From Bacteroidota bacterium (lineage in GTDB: Bacteria > Bacteroidota > Bacteroidia > UBA4408): a stretch of DNA of 64,000 nucleotides. The notes beneath the pieces are model-generated. The model searched no databases, had not been told where the DNA came from, and worked only from the letters and a program-made list of their open reading frames with translations. This document shows positions 43,890 through 54,544 of the stretch, piece by piece; within the stretch, counting starts at the first letter, position 1; every line of letters begins with the position of its first letter. The position numbers and the translations under genes are program-made. The stretch lies in contig JADKCP010000002.1 of the NCBI GenBank assembly GCA_016718805.1, positions 56,392 to 120,391 of the forward strand, in the 5' to 3' direction.

Positions 43890-44915
43890 ATGGTACGATT
43901 TACAGCTTATCGCAAATACCTGTATTATTTGCAGCACTTTGCAACTCCTAAAAAACTTCACAATATATTACTTAATAAATCAGAGCAAAAAAATAAGCTT
44001 ATCCAACTTAAGAGTAAGCCTTATAAAATTACGCTTGACCCGGGCAATGTGTGCAATTTAAAATGTCCTTGTTGCCACACAGGAATCAAGCATGCTGAAA
44101 TGATTAAACCTACATTTTTAACTTTCAAAAACTATCAAGTAGTATTCAATAATGTGAAAGATTATGCACTTAGTGTAGCATTGTACAATTGGGGAGAACC
44201 ATTATTAAACAAGGAAATATTTGACATTATTGATTATACAACAGCCAATAAAGTGGGAAGTACTTTACATTCTAATTTTAATTACTTAACTCCTGCAATG
44301 GCTGAAAACCTTGTAAAATCAAAACTTACACATATTTATTTATCCATCGATGGTGCCTCTCAAGAAGTATATTCAAAATATCGCGTGAAGGGAAATTATG
44401 AGAAAGTAATTGGCAATATTGAACTTTTGGTTGCTGCCAAGAAAAAAGCTAAAAGTAAATTTCCATTTATTACCTGGAAATACTTAACCTTTCCATTTAA
44501 TATACATGAGGTGGAAGCTGCACGAACAAAGGCTGAGCAATTAGGAGTAGATAATTTTGAAGTGTTTACAGCATCGCCACACTTAATGGACATTTACGAT
44601 GAAGCAGAAAAAATTTCAGCGAATTCTACTTCAATAGCCAACACTCCAGAAATTTGTAGTAGTTTGTGGAGCAGCTTGTATGTTGGTCCGGATGGAACTG
44701 TTTTTCCATGTTCACTTTCATTTCGGAAAAGCGAATCATTTGGAAATTTGTTAGATGAGAAACTTTCAACTATTTGGAACAATAGTAGCTATCATGCTTC
44801 TCGAAAAATGTTTTCTACAAACACAGATTTAGATGTAGTTCCATTGCCTTGTAAAGGATGCAAGTATTTTATAAAATGTAGCAGAAAGCCTCAGCTGGCT
44901 GCTCATTTAAATTAA
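43890..44915 (+). CDS. Radical SAM enzyme with C-terminal SPASM-like Cys cluster
   Basis: CNLKCPCC (Cx3Cx2C). GEPLL (SAM-binding glycine-rich motif). C-terminal cysteines (…VFPCSLSF…, …LPCKGCKYFIKC…). 341 aa. Confidence 0.7.
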   Translation: MVRFTAYRKYLYYLQHFATPKKLHNILLNKSEQKNKLIQLKSKPYKITLDPGNVCNLKCPCCHTGIKHAEMIKPTFLTFKNYQVVFNNVKDYALSVALYNWGEPLLNKEIFDIIDYTTANKVGSTLHSNFNYLTPAMAENLVKSKLTHIYLSIDGASQEVYSKYRVKGNYEKVIGNIELLVAAKKKAKSKFPFITWKYLTFPFNIHEVEAARTKAEQLGVDNFEVFTASPHLMDIYDEAEKISANSTSIANTPEICSSLWSSLYVGPDGTVFPCSLSFRKSESFGNLLDEKLSTIWNNSSYHASRKMFSTNTDLDVVPLPCKGCKYFIKCSRKPQLAAHLN

Positions 44916-44938
44916 TTGAAATCTATTAATTCAGCGGG

Positions 44939-46153
44939 TTACTCAAAATCTTGGTACAACAAATAGCGTTTACGCATTCGTTTGTATTCATCAAGACCTG
45001 CTTGCCATGAAGCGCGGATTTCTTCTTCTGATTTACCAGCTATAATTTGCTCCTTCAAAGTTGAATTTCCTGCCAACTTATTAAAGTAGGAAGTGAAAAA
45101 TTTATCTTTATCAGGATAGCCTTTATACAATTCGATTAACCAAAAAAGATTTAACTTTTTCTCAAGCTTAACCATAGTTTCGCCATAGTCTGATAAATCA
45201 TATCCTTTGCACTGCTGATCCTTGTAAGGAGGATTTTTACTGGCTCCGGGAGTTGATACAGGTGTAAAACTGTAATCGGTTCCGCTTAAATTAGGATAAC
45301 CAATTTGCTGAAAAGGTTTACTGGTGCCTCTTCCCAAGCTTACAGCTGTACCTTCAAAGAAACACAAAGAAGGATACAAATAAACGGAAGTCATGGTAGG
45401 TAAATTTGGGGAAGGATGAATTGGTAAAGTATAATAATCACGATGTGAATAATTTTCACAAGTAATTACTGTGAGCTCACATATTTTTCCGTTGGCAAGC
45501 CATCCTTGACCATTCGCCATTTTAGCAAACTCACCTACGGTTAATCCATGCACAACTGGAATTGGGACAATTCCAACAAAGGATGAAAAGGATTCTTCAC
45601 GAATAGGACCATCAATATAAAATCCATTGGGATTAGGTCTATCGAGTACAATTAATTTAACTTCATTCTCGGCACAGGCTTCCATTACATATTTTAAGGT
45701 TGATATGTAAGTATAGAAACGAGCACCAACATCTTGTAAATCAAATATCAAGTAATCAATACCAGCTAAATCCTTTATTGATGGCTTCTTGGATGCGCCA
45801 TACAAAGAAATTACCGGTAAGTGTGTTTTGGGATCTTTGTAGTTTTTTACTTGTTCACCGGCATCGGCATCGCCTCTAAAACCGTGTTCAGGACAAAAAA
45901 CTTTTTTTACTTCAATCGATAATTTAAGTAAAGAATCAACCAAGTGTGTTTGCCCAATTAAACTACTTTGATTAGCAAGTATGGCAATTTTCTTATTTTT
46001 AAGAATAGCTAAATACTGCTCCGTTCGTTCAGCACCAACACGTATTGCTTTGCGCTTGATTTGAGCACTTACTAAAGTAAAGTGAACTAACAATGAAAGC
46101 AGAATAATTATTTTTCCACACTTTGCGCTGATATTTAGTAACACTCTACACAT
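44939..46153 (-). CDS. DUF1343 family protein (exo-beta-N-acetylmuramidase NamZ-like), secreted
   Basis: Signal peptide. …IAILANQSSLIG…CPEHGFRGDADAGE… matches the DUF1343/NamZ N-terminal core. 404 aa. Confidence 0.7.
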   Translation of the reverse strand: MCRVLLNISAKCGKIIILLSLLVHFTLVSAQIKRKAIRVGAERTEQYLAILKNKKIAILANQSSLIGQTHLVDSLLKLSIEVKKVFCPEHGFRGDADAGEQVKNYKDPKTHLPVISLYGASKKPSIKDLAGIDYLIFDLQDVGARFYTYISTLKYVMEACAENEVKLIVLDRPNPNGFYIDGPIREESFSSFVGIVPIPVVHGLTVGEFAKMANGQGWLANGKICELTVITCENYSHRDYYTLPIHPSPNLPTMTSVYLYPSLCFFEGTAVSLGRGTSKPFQQIGYPNLSGTDYSFTPVSTPGASKNPPYKDQQCKGYDLSDYGETMVKLEKKLNLFWLIELYKGYPDKDKFFTSYFNKLAGNSTLKEQIIAGKSEEEIRASWQAGLDEYKRMRKRYLLYQDFE

Positions 46154-46237
46154 TAAAATTGGATGAATTAATTTAAATCAATAGCCGAATAATTAATAGT
46201 ACTATTTTTACGGTCGGCAAAAATACAATTATTCCTA

Positions 46238-47463
46238 TTGAACACTGAATTATTTATAGCCCGAAAAATTTTGTTTCAAAAAAGCAATTCGGGAGGCATA
46301 CAAAGCAAACCTATAGTTACTATTGCAGTATGGGCTATTGCATTGGGAGTGGCTGTAATGCTAATTTCAGTAGCTGTTCTTACCGGTTTCCAAAAACAAA
46401 TTACCGAAAAGGTAATTGGTTTCGGAGGACATATTCAAATTACCGATTTTGTGCCAAATGCCTCACTTGAGCCCAAACCGGTTGAGAAAAGCAAATTTAA
46501 ATTACCAACATTAAAAAATATTAATGGTGTAGCTCACAGTCAAGTTTTTGCTACTAAAGCCGGAATTATTAAAACCAACGAAGCTATTGAAGGGGTAGTA
46601 TTAAAAGGCATTTCAGTGGATTACGATTTATCGTTTTTTAAAACCAATCTTCGAGCCGGTAAACTACCCGTTTTTACTGATACAAGTACCTCAAATGATA
46701 TATTAATTTCTAAAAAAATTGCTGATAAACTGCGCTTTAAAGTTCAAGACAAACTCATCATGTACTTTATTCAACAACCAGCTCGTATGCGTAAATTCAC
46801 TGTTAGTGGTATATATGAAACAGGTCTCGAGGATTTTGATGATAAATATGTATTGTGCGATTTGCATCAAATACAAAAATTAAATGATTGGACATCCACT
46901 CAAATTGGTGGTGTTGAGTTATCGGTTAGTGATTTTAACCAGCTCGCATCAGTGGGAGAAAACGTGTATGCTTCTATTGATAGTGATTTAGACTCAAAAA
47001 CTATTCGTGAATTGTATCCTCAATTATTTGATTGGTTGGATTTACAGAACATTAATGTGCTAGTAATTTTATTGATGATGATTGCTGTTGGTGCCATGAA
47101 CATGGTTACTGCATTGCTTATTTTGATAATTGAAAGAACCAATATGATTGGATTGCTTAAAGCTTTGGGTGCTTCCAATTTAAGTTTACGGAAATTGTTT
47201 TATACCAGGCAATATACCTTACGGGAAAGGGATTACTCTTAGGAAACCTGATTGGCATTGGCTTGTGCATTGCACAATTAAAATTTGGTTTTGCTCATCT
47301 CGATCAAGCCTCCTATTATGTATCCTTAGTACCCATAGAAATGAATTGGCAATACATTGCAGCTGTCAATATTGGTACATTATTAATTTGTACCCTTATC
47401 TTAATCGTACCATCTTATCTTGTAACACGCATCAGTCCTGTAAAAGCAATACGGTTCAGTTAA
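46238..47463 (+). pseudogene. LolC/LolE-like FtsX-family lipoprotein-release permease, interrupted by a -1 frameshift in a T4 run near 47201-47204
   Basis: Frame A (46238-47242) encodes the N-terminal TM, periplasmic domain and …LKALGASNLSLRKLF. Frame C, open from ~47208, encodes …LYQAIYLTGKGLLLGNLIGIGLCIAQLKFGF…LVPSYLVTRISPVKAIRFS. Restoring one T in gttttat gives a contiguous ~405-aa LolE-like protein. Confidence 0.65.
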
Positions 47464-47619
47464 GAATAATTTCCCTCATCCTTAAAAAAGCTGAACAAAT
47501 ATTTTCTACATTTGCGCCCTTTAATAAAGCAATTTATATAATTCGAAAGTTACACTAAGCAATTGTATAGCAGCGGAGTCATTAAATTTAAACGTTTACA
47601 ACATTATTACTAAAATCTG

Positions 47620-48984
47620 ATGTATTACAACAACATACTTGAAACTATTGGAAACACTCCATTAGTTAAGCTCAACAACGTTACGAAAGATATTCCTGCT
47701 GCGGTATTGGCGAAAATTGAAACCACAAATCCAGGGAATTCAATTAAAGACCGGATGGCTTTAAAAATGATTGAAGATGCCGAAAAAGATGGTCGTTTAA
47801 AACCAGGCGGAACCATTATTGAAGGTACTAGTGGTAATACGGGCATGGGTTTGGCGATAGCTGCAATTATTAAAGGTTACAAATGCATTTTTACAACCAC
47901 CGATAAACAATCAAAAGAAAAGGTTGATGCCTTGCGTGCCTTTGGTGCAGAAGTGGTGGTATGTCCTACCGATGTTGAACCGGAAGATCCCCGCTCCTAT
48001 TATTCGGTTTCATCGCGACTTGAAAAGGAAGTTCCTAATTCATGGAAACCAAATCAATACGACAATCCTTCAAATTCATTGGCACATTATGAGCAAACCG
48101 GTCCTGAAATATGGGAACAAACTGAAGGTAAAATAACCCATTTGGTTGTAGGAGTTGGCACAGGAGGTACAATTTGCGGTACAGGAAAATATTTAAAAGA
48201 AAAAAATCCCAACATACAAATACTTGGAATTGATACTTATGGCTCGGTTTTTAAAAAATACAAGGAGACCGGAATTTTTGACAAAAATGAAATTTATCCA
48301 TATGTAACCGAGGGAATTGGCGAAGATTTTTTACCTGCTAATGTTGATTTTAACATTATTGATCATTTTGAAAAAGTAACAGATAAAGATGCTGCATTAA
48401 TGACGCGCGAGATTGTAAAACGTGAAGGTATTTTTGTTGGAAACTCTGCAGGTTCAGCAATGGCGGGCTTACTTCAAATGAAGGACCGCTTTAAAAAAGG
48501 CGATTTAGTAGTAGTTATTTTCCATGATCATGGTACACGTTATCTAGGTAAAATGTTTAACGATGACTGGATGCGCATGAAAGGATATTTCGACAAAAAA
48601 GGTTTGGTAGCAAGGGATTTAGTAGTAACCAACAAAAAAGCAGAATTGGTCACTATCGATGCAAAAGAAACCGTTGAAAAAGCTGCCAAGATGATGAGCG
48701 AAATGGATATTTCACAAATACCGGTAACTTCAGATAAGCGTATTGTTGGTTCATTGAGTGAGAATCATTTATTTTCGTCCTTAATAAAAAATCCGGAAAT
48801 TAAATTAAATGCAGTTGAAACCGTGATGCAGGCTGCTTTTCCATTCGTTGATATTTCAACTCCTATTGATTCATTGTCGAAAATGATTACACCGGAAAAT
48901 CCTGCTTTATTGGTGCGTGACTTTAAAACCGACAATACTTATATCATTACAAAAAGCGATATTATTTCGGCCTTGTTGGTATAG
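47620..48984 (+). CDS. Cystathionine beta-synthase-type PLP enzyme (cysteine-synthase fold + C-terminal tandem CBS domains)
   Basis: GNTPLVKL, SIKDRMA (PLP lysine), GTSGNTGMGLA, GVGTGGTICG. C-terminal ~120 aa with two CBS-pair motifs. 454 aa. Confidence 0.8.
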   Translation: MYYNNILETIGNTPLVKLNNVTKDIPAAVLAKIETTNPGNSIKDRMALKMIEDAEKDGRLKPGGTIIEGTSGNTGMGLAIAAIIKGYKCIFTTTDKQSKEKVDALRAFGAEVVVCPTDVEPEDPRSYYSVSSRLEKEVPNSWKPNQYDNPSNSLAHYEQTGPEIWEQTEGKITHLVVGVGTGGTICGTGKYLKEKNPNIQILGIDTYGSVFKKYKETGIFDKNEIYPYVTEGIGEDFLPANVDFNIIDHFEKVTDKDAALMTREIVKREGIFVGNSAGSAMAGLLQMKDRFKKGDLVVVIFHDHGTRYLGKMFNDDWMRMKGYFDKKGLVARDLVVTNKKAELVTIDAKETVEKAAKMMSEMDISQIPVTSDKRIVGSLSENHLFSSLIKNPEIKLNAVETVMQAAFPFVDISTPIDSLSKMITPENPALLVRDFKTDNTYIITKSDIISALLV

Positions 48985-49001
48985 AAGATTAATAGCACTA
49001 C

Positions 49002-49781
49002 ATGATTCAGAGCACCGATCAACTTGGGCGAGTTCTTTCGTTTTCGGAAGTTCCAAAACGCATCATTTCATGTGTGCCATCTCAAACTGAATTATTATTT
49101 GATTTGGGCTTGAGAGATGAAGTCGTTGGTATCACTAAATTTTGCATACATCCTGACGTATGGTTTAGAAACAAAACCCGCATTGGTGGTACTAAAAATT
49201 TAGACATCGTTAAAATAAAATCGCTCAAACCTGATTTGATTATTGCCAATAAAGAAGAAAATACGCGTGAGCAACTTGAAGAATTAATGTTGGATTATCC
49301 GGTATGGATAAGCGATGTAAAAGATTTGGAAGAAGCCGGGCAGCTTATTATAGGTTTGGGAAATTTGTTGAATCGTAGCAATGAGGCTAAACAAATGCTT
49401 CAAGCAATAACTACCAAATTTTCGCGTTTACAACCAGTGCAAAATAAATCATGCGTGTATTTTATTTGGAATAATCCTTACATGTGTGTTGGGGATTCAA
49501 CTTTTATTAATCATTTGTTAGAGAAGTGTGGTTTCACCAATTGCTTCAAAAATAATGGTCGGTATCCACAAATTTCAGCCCATGAAATTGCTATTGCAAA
49601 ACCCGATTTGTTATTCCTTTCGTCGGAGCCATTCCCTTTTAAAACAAGGGATATTTCACACTTTGAAAATATTTCCCCAACTTCAAAAGTTATAATGGTA
49701 AACGGGGAAGCATTTAGCTGGTATGGCTCACGTCTGCTTAAAAGTGTTGATTATTTTGAAGAATTGTTAAAAACCATTTGA
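49002..49781 (+). CDS. Periplasmic-binding-protein (BtuF/FhuD class, helical-backbone) ABC substrate-binding protein
   Basis: RIISCVPSQTELLFDLGLRDEVVGITKFC and …DLIIANKEEN… pattern typical of cobalamin/siderophore-binding PBPs. 259 aa. 18 nt downstream of the CBS gene. Confidence 0.65.
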   Translation: MIQSTDQLGRVLSFSEVPKRIISCVPSQTELLFDLGLRDEVVGITKFCIHPDVWFRNKTRIGGTKNLDIVKIKSLKPDLIIANKEENTREQLEELMLDYPVWISDVKDLEEAGQLIIGLGNLLNRSNEAKQMLQAITTKFSRLQPVQNKSCVYFIWNNPYMCVGDSTFINHLLEKCGFTNCFKNNGRYPQISAHEIAIAKPDLLFLSSEPFPFKTRDISHFENISPTSKVIMVNGEAFSWYGSRLLKSVDYFEELLKTI

Positions 49782-49854
49782 GTTAAAATTCATTGACTGT
49801 TAGCAAGTAAACCTTGCTTTTAGTACATTTGAAAAATTATTTTATAGCCTAAAA

Positions 49855-52164
49855 TTGCAGGAATATCGGTCTATGCGCATACTTTCATCTTTATTTTTAC
49901 TTAGCTTATTATTACTGTTTAGCAGTAATAATACGCAAGCACAAAAAGTAGGTGTGGTATTGAGTGGTGGTGGAGCTGATGGAGTTGCCCACATAGGAGT
50001 ATTAAAAGCGCTGGAAGAGAACCATATACCAATTGATTATATTGTTGGTACCAGTATGGGTGCCTTTATTGCCGGAATGTACGCCTCGGGATATTCGGTT
50101 GCTGAAATTGAAAAGTTTATTAAAAGCGATAAATTTAAACGAGCCGCCGAAGGTGATGTAGAAGAAAAATATATTTTTTATTTAAAGAAAAAGGAAAGTG
50201 ATGCTTCTTGGATTTCCTTTAAATTTGCACCAGATACGGTTTTATCTACCTCTCTCCCAACCAATTTTATATCACCTGTTCCAATTGATTTTACTTTAGT
50301 TGAATTATTTGCCAATTCATCAGCTGCCGCCAATTACAATTTTGACAGTTTGATGATTCCTTTTCGATGTGTAGGTTCGGATGTTACCGAAAAGCGCCAA
50401 GTAGTTTTCAATAAAGGCGATGTGGGTCAATGTATCCGAGCATCTATGTCGTATCCTTTTTATATAAAACCAATACTAATAGATGGAAATTTATTTTTTG
50501 ATGGTGGATTGTACAACAACTTCCCAATTGATGTATTGTACCACGATTTTAAACCAGATGTAATTATTGGAAGTAGTGTGGCAGATAAGATAAAGGCACC
50601 TGATGAAGACAACGTTATTTTGCAAATAAAAAGCATGTTAATTAACAGAGGCAAATCAGAGCCAGTTCCTGTTCCCTCTATTATTATTGAACCGCTAGTT
50701 GAGAACATTGGCTTGTTTGAATTTAAAAATGCTGCTAAAGTTTTAGAGAATGGATATGATGCTGCTAATCAAAAAATGGACAGTATTAAATTAGTGATTA
50801 GCAGACGTGAAAATGCCGATTCATTGAGTTGTAAAAGACAACTATTTATGGGTAAAAAAGAGCGGCTTGTTTTTGAACGCATACTCATTGATGGGCTAAA
50901 ACCGAAGCAAGCCCATTATGTAAAAAAACTATTGAGCAATAACTCTAAATTAATTACTCTTGAAGAACTAAAGCCAAAATATTATCGTTTAGTGGCAGAC
51001 GATAAGATTCGACAAATTTATCCTTTGTCGAAATACAATGCTAAATCGGGTTATTACGATTTATTATTAAAGATTAAGCGCGAAAAAGATTTGTTTATTT
51101 CTTTTGGAGGAAATGTTTCATCGCGTCCCATAAATGCAGGATTTATTGGTCTTCAATACAATTATTTGCGAAAAATTTCCATTACATCAAGTGGCAATAT
51201 ATATTTCGGAAAGCTATATGGTTCCTATCAAGGTAAGTTACGTTTTGATTTTCCATCTCGTTTACCTTTTTACGCCGAAGCCTCCTTTACACGCAGTCGC
51301 TGGGATTTTTTTAAAAGCAGTACCGCTTTTTTTGAAGAATCGAAACCATCCTTTTTGGTCCAAAATGATTTGTATGGGGATGTAAATCTAGGATTACCGG
51401 CAAAAAATAAAGGTAAAATTATTACTGGTTCAGCCTTTGCTAACAGTTATGTTAAGTACTATCAAACCAAGATTTTTTCAGCCACCGATACCGCCGATCG
51501 TACTGATTTTTATTTAACCAGTCCCTATATCTATTACGAACGAAACACACTTAACAAAAAACAATACGCCAATAGTGGAACTTATTTTCTAGCTAAATTG
51601 CGTTATATAAGCGGCCGCGAAGTAAATCATCCAGGTTCAACCGCCGAAAACAGAAGCGTTTACAGCCGCTATCACAATTGGTTTAACTTACACCTTGTGT
51701 ATGACAATTATTTTAAACGTAAAGGAAATTTGCGTTTGGGATTTTTTGTTGAAGGTGTTTTTTCGAACCAAGATTTTTTCAACAACTACACTGCTAGTAT
51801 TTTGTCGGCACCAGCATTTATGCCTATTCCCGAGAGCAGAACCTTATTTTTAGAAAATTTCAGAGCACATTCCTTTGCTGCTGGAGGACTTCGAACTATC
51901 GTAAATTTATATACTAATTTTGATATACGTTTAGAAGGATTTGCCTATCAACCCTATAAGGAAATTATCAAGCAACCCGATTTAACCGCTGCTTATGGTG
52001 CTCCATTTGCAAAAGTATATTTTATTGGATCCACCTCTTTGATTTATCACAGTCCAATTGGTCCGCTAAGCTTTAGCGTAAATTATTACGACCGTAAAAC
52101 GAATTCCTTTAATTTTTTATTTTCGTTCGGATACTTATTGTTTAATAAAAAATCTACCGAGTAA
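49855..52164 (+). CDS. Patatin-like phospholipase fused to a C-terminal Omp85/surface-antigen-like beta-barrel region, secreted
   Basis: Signal peptide. GVVLSGGGADGVAHIGVLKAL (oxyanion GGGxxG). GTSMGA (GxSxG). DGG catalytic Asp. ~450-aa strand-rich C-terminal region ending in aromatic residues. Confidence 0.75.
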   Translation: MQEYRSMRILSSLFLLSLLLLFSSNNTQAQKVGVVLSGGGADGVAHIGVLKALEENHIPIDYIVGTSMGAFIAGMYASGYSVAEIEKFIKSDKFKRAAEGDVEEKYIFYLKKKESDASWISFKFAPDTVLSTSLPTNFISPVPIDFTLVELFANSSAAANYNFDSLMIPFRCVGSDVTEKRQVVFNKGDVGQCIRASMSYPFYIKPILIDGNLFFDGGLYNNFPIDVLYHDFKPDVIIGSSVADKIKAPDEDNVILQIKSMLINRGKSEPVPVPSIIIEPLVENIGLFEFKNAAKVLENGYDAANQKMDSIKLVISRRENADSLSCKRQLFMGKKERLVFERILIDGLKPKQAHYVKKLLSNNSKLITLEELKPKYYRLVADDKIRQIYPLSKYNAKSGYYDLLLKIKREKDLFISFGGNVSSRPINAGFIGLQYNYLRKISITSSGNIYFGKLYGSYQGKLRFDFPSRLPFYAEASFTRSRWDFFKSSTAFFEESKPSFLVQNDLYGDVNLGLPAKNKGKIITGSAFANSYVKYYQTKIFSATDTADRTDFYLTSPYIYYERNTLNKKQYANSGTYFLAKLRYISGREVNHPGSTAENRSVYSRYHNWFNLHLVYDNYFKRKGNLRLGFFVEGVFSNQDFFNNYTASILSAPAFMPIPESRTLFLENFRAHSFAAGGLRTIVNLYTNFDIRLEGFAYQPYKEIIKQPDLTAAYGAPFAKVYFIGSTSLIYHSPIGPLSFSVNYYDRKTNSFNFLFSFGYLLFNKKSTE

Positions 52165-53746
52165 TTTTTTCGTAAATTTTTTGAGCGCAATTCTGTCCAT
52201 CAATCGCTGCTGAAACAATTCCGTCTGCGTAACCTGCACCTTCACCACAAGGATACAAGTTGAAAAGTTGAGGATGATGGAGTTCGTGTTTATCACGAGG
52301 TATGCGCACTGGTGAAGAAGTACGTGATTCAACAGCAACAATTACAGCATCATTGGTTAAATAACCTTTCATTTTTTTACCAATGAGTTGAAAAGCTTTT
52401 TGCAAACGTTTTGCAATTTCGGGTGGTAGGAGCTGATGCAAAGGTGCCGAAACTATACCCGGTTGATAGGAACAAGCCGGTAAATCAACAGAAATTACGC
52501 CGTTCACAAAATCGAGTAAACGCTGAGCTGGAGCAATTTGACATTTGCCTCCGGCTTCAAATGAAATTTTTTCGAGTTGCATTTGATAAGCTAATGCTGC
52601 TAAAGCCCCATGGTTTGTGTATTTTTTCCAATCTTCTTCTGTAATTGTAACAACAATTCCTGAATTGGCAAATGGGTTATCGCGTTTAGAAGGACTCCAA
52701 CCATTTGTAACCACTTGTTCAGGTCCGGTAGCACAAGGTGCAATAATTCCGCCCGGACACATGCAAAACGAATAAACCCCTTTCCCATCAATTTGCTCAA
52801 CCCAACTGTAAGCGGCTGCAGGTAAATAATTTCTTGCTTCTTGCACTTCTTCGCTCGTTCTGCAATGATATTGCAATGCATCAATAACAGCTTGAGGATG
52901 CTCAACTCGTACGCCTGCAGCAAATTCTTTTGCTTCTATTGAAAGTTCTTTTTTATGTAGTAATTCAAAAATATCTCGTGCTGAATGTCCGCTTGCCAAA
53001 ATAACTGCTTCACCTCTAAATAAGCGCACTTCGTTAGTTTGAGTATGGATGGTTTTTACTTCTGAAATTTTATTTTCGTTGATAATAAAATCAACCATAC
53101 GGGTATTGAAATGTATTTCGCCACCGGAATCAATAATTTGATTGCGAATATTTTGAATTATTTTGGGAAGTTTATTCGTGCCTATATGTGGATGAGCGTC
53201 AACAGCAATCATTTCATCGGCACCGAATTGAATAAACGATTTTAAAATAGTTGATACATCTCCCTTTTTGGTAGAACGTGTATACAATTTTCCATCTGAA
53301 TAAGTGCCTGCCCCACCTTCGCCAAAACAATAATTTGAATCGGGGTTAACTACTTGCTTGCGATTTAAATCAGCTAAATCGCGACGTCTTTCTCTTACAT
53401 TTTTACCACGTTCAATTAAAATAGGTTTAAGGCCTTTTTCGATTAAGCGTAAAGCGGCGAACAATCCTGCGGGTCCTGCACCAATTATGAGTACCGGTTT
53501 TGCGGTTGCAACATTTGAATACTGAATAAAGTCAGGTAGAATTGTCGGTACAACTTCGTTGATATAAACACGGTAGCGTAGATTTACTTTTATAGTTCTA
53601 GCACGTGCATCTATCGAACGCTTCAACAGCACCAATGAAGTAATTTCAGAGTTTGTAACTGAACACAGTGCAGCAATTTTTTCTTTAATCAGTTCTGAAT
53701 TTGAGGCTTCTCTAACTGAAGCAATCAAATCAATATCTTGAATCAT
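52154..53746 (-). CDS. FAD-dependent oxidoreductase (COG2509-type uncharacterised dehydrogenase)
   Basis: PVLIIGAGPAGLFAALRLIEKGLKPILIERG dinucleotide-binding motif. 530 aa. 11-nt convergent overlap with the patatin gene. Confidence 0.7.
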   Translation of the reverse strand: MIQDIDLIASVREASNSELIKEKIAALCSVTNSEITSLVLLKRSIDARARTIKVNLRYRVYINEVVPTILPDFIQYSNVATAKPVLIIGAGPAGLFAALRLIEKGLKPILIERGKNVRERRRDLADLNRKQVVNPDSNYCFGEGGAGTYSDGKLYTRSTKKGDVSTILKSFIQFGADEMIAVDAHPHIGTNKLPKIIQNIRNQIIDSGGEIHFNTRMVDFIINENKISEVKTIHTQTNEVRLFRGEAVILASGHSARDIFELLHKKELSIEAKEFAAGVRVEHPQAVIDALQYHCRTSEEVQEARNYLPAAAYSWVEQIDGKGVYSFCMCPGGIIAPCATGPEQVVTNGWSPSKRDNPFANSGIVVTITEEDWKKYTNHGALAALAYQMQLEKISFEAGGKCQIAPAQRLLDFVNGVISVDLPACSYQPGIVSAPLHQLLPPEIAKRLQKAFQLIGKKMKGYLTNDAVIVAVESRTSSPVRIPRDKHELHHPQLFNLYPCGEGAGYADGIVSAAIDGQNCAQKIYEKITR

Positions 53747-53805
53747 TTAGTTGGGATAGTTAACTAGTTTGATAAACCTTTCAGCTTTTATTATTCTTCA
53801 ACTCT

Positions 53806-54516
53806 TCATTCGAAAGTAAAGGATATGTCAATAATTTTAGAGGTTAATTTATCAATTGAATTTGCAAACACGTTATTATCCTTCACCAATAAATTACGAA
53901 CACCAAAACAAAATTTCAATTCGGGAGAAAATTTGAAATACTTCTGATAGAAATCAAAGCCTACTCCCATCGTATAATACACATCATTTTTTCGCAATTT
54001 TACAATAGCATCAACTACTAAATTACTGTTTACATCCTTCTGCGAAGCAATATCAATGGTGTATTTGCCGCCAACAACTAGGTATGCTCTAAAGTTATTA
54101 TACCTAGCCGATTTTAATTTTAAATCGAGTGGGAATTGTATAAAAGTTGATTCAACTGCTTTTTTACGGGTGATATCTCCCTTCGTACTTTTAAAGGTGT
54201 ACTCCAAATTACGCGTCGAAAATGCCAATGCCGGGATAAAGCGTAAATCGACATATTCAGCAATACGTAAATTACTAACAATCCCTAAATTAAAACCGGT
54301 TTGAGGTGTAGATTCCAATATATATACCGAGTCAAGCCCTGCAAGATTAGGATTGGGGTGTATAATGAAATCGGCTTTGTTAAGTCCGAGCAAAAATCCA
54401 AAATGTATAGTCTTGTAATCAAAATTCGGCAAATTGATAGCTTTCACTTTTTGCGCATGCAATTCGGTTAGACTAACAATCCCAATAAGAAATAAGAGAA
54501 AATACTTTTTATACAC
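53806..54516 (-). CDS. Small outer-membrane beta-barrel protein (OmpA-N/PorT-like porin family)
   Basis: Signal peptide. Alternating hydrophobic strands. C-terminal …DISFTFE. 236 aa. Confidence 0.5.
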   Translation of the reverse strand: MYKKYFLLFLIGIVSLTELHAQKVKAINLPNFDYKTIHFGFLLGLNKADFIIHPNPNLAGLDSVYILESTPQTGFNLGIVSNLRIAEYVDLRFIPALAFSTRNLEYTFKSTKGDITRKKAVESTFIQFPLDLKLKSARYNNFRAYLVVGGKYTIDIASQKDVNSNLVVDAIVKLRKNDVYYTMGVGFDFYQKYFKFSPELKFCFGVRNLLVKDNNVFANSIDKLTSKIIDISFTFE

Positions 54517-54544
54517 CTATTTTACTAACGCTAGAATTATCAAT

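Noticed and set aside
47265-47558. 97-aa ORF (MHCTIKIW…) overlapping the LolE C-terminal frame
   Set aside because: It is an alternative frame of the same DNA that encodes the conserved LolE C-terminus. It extends into the intergenic AT-rich region.
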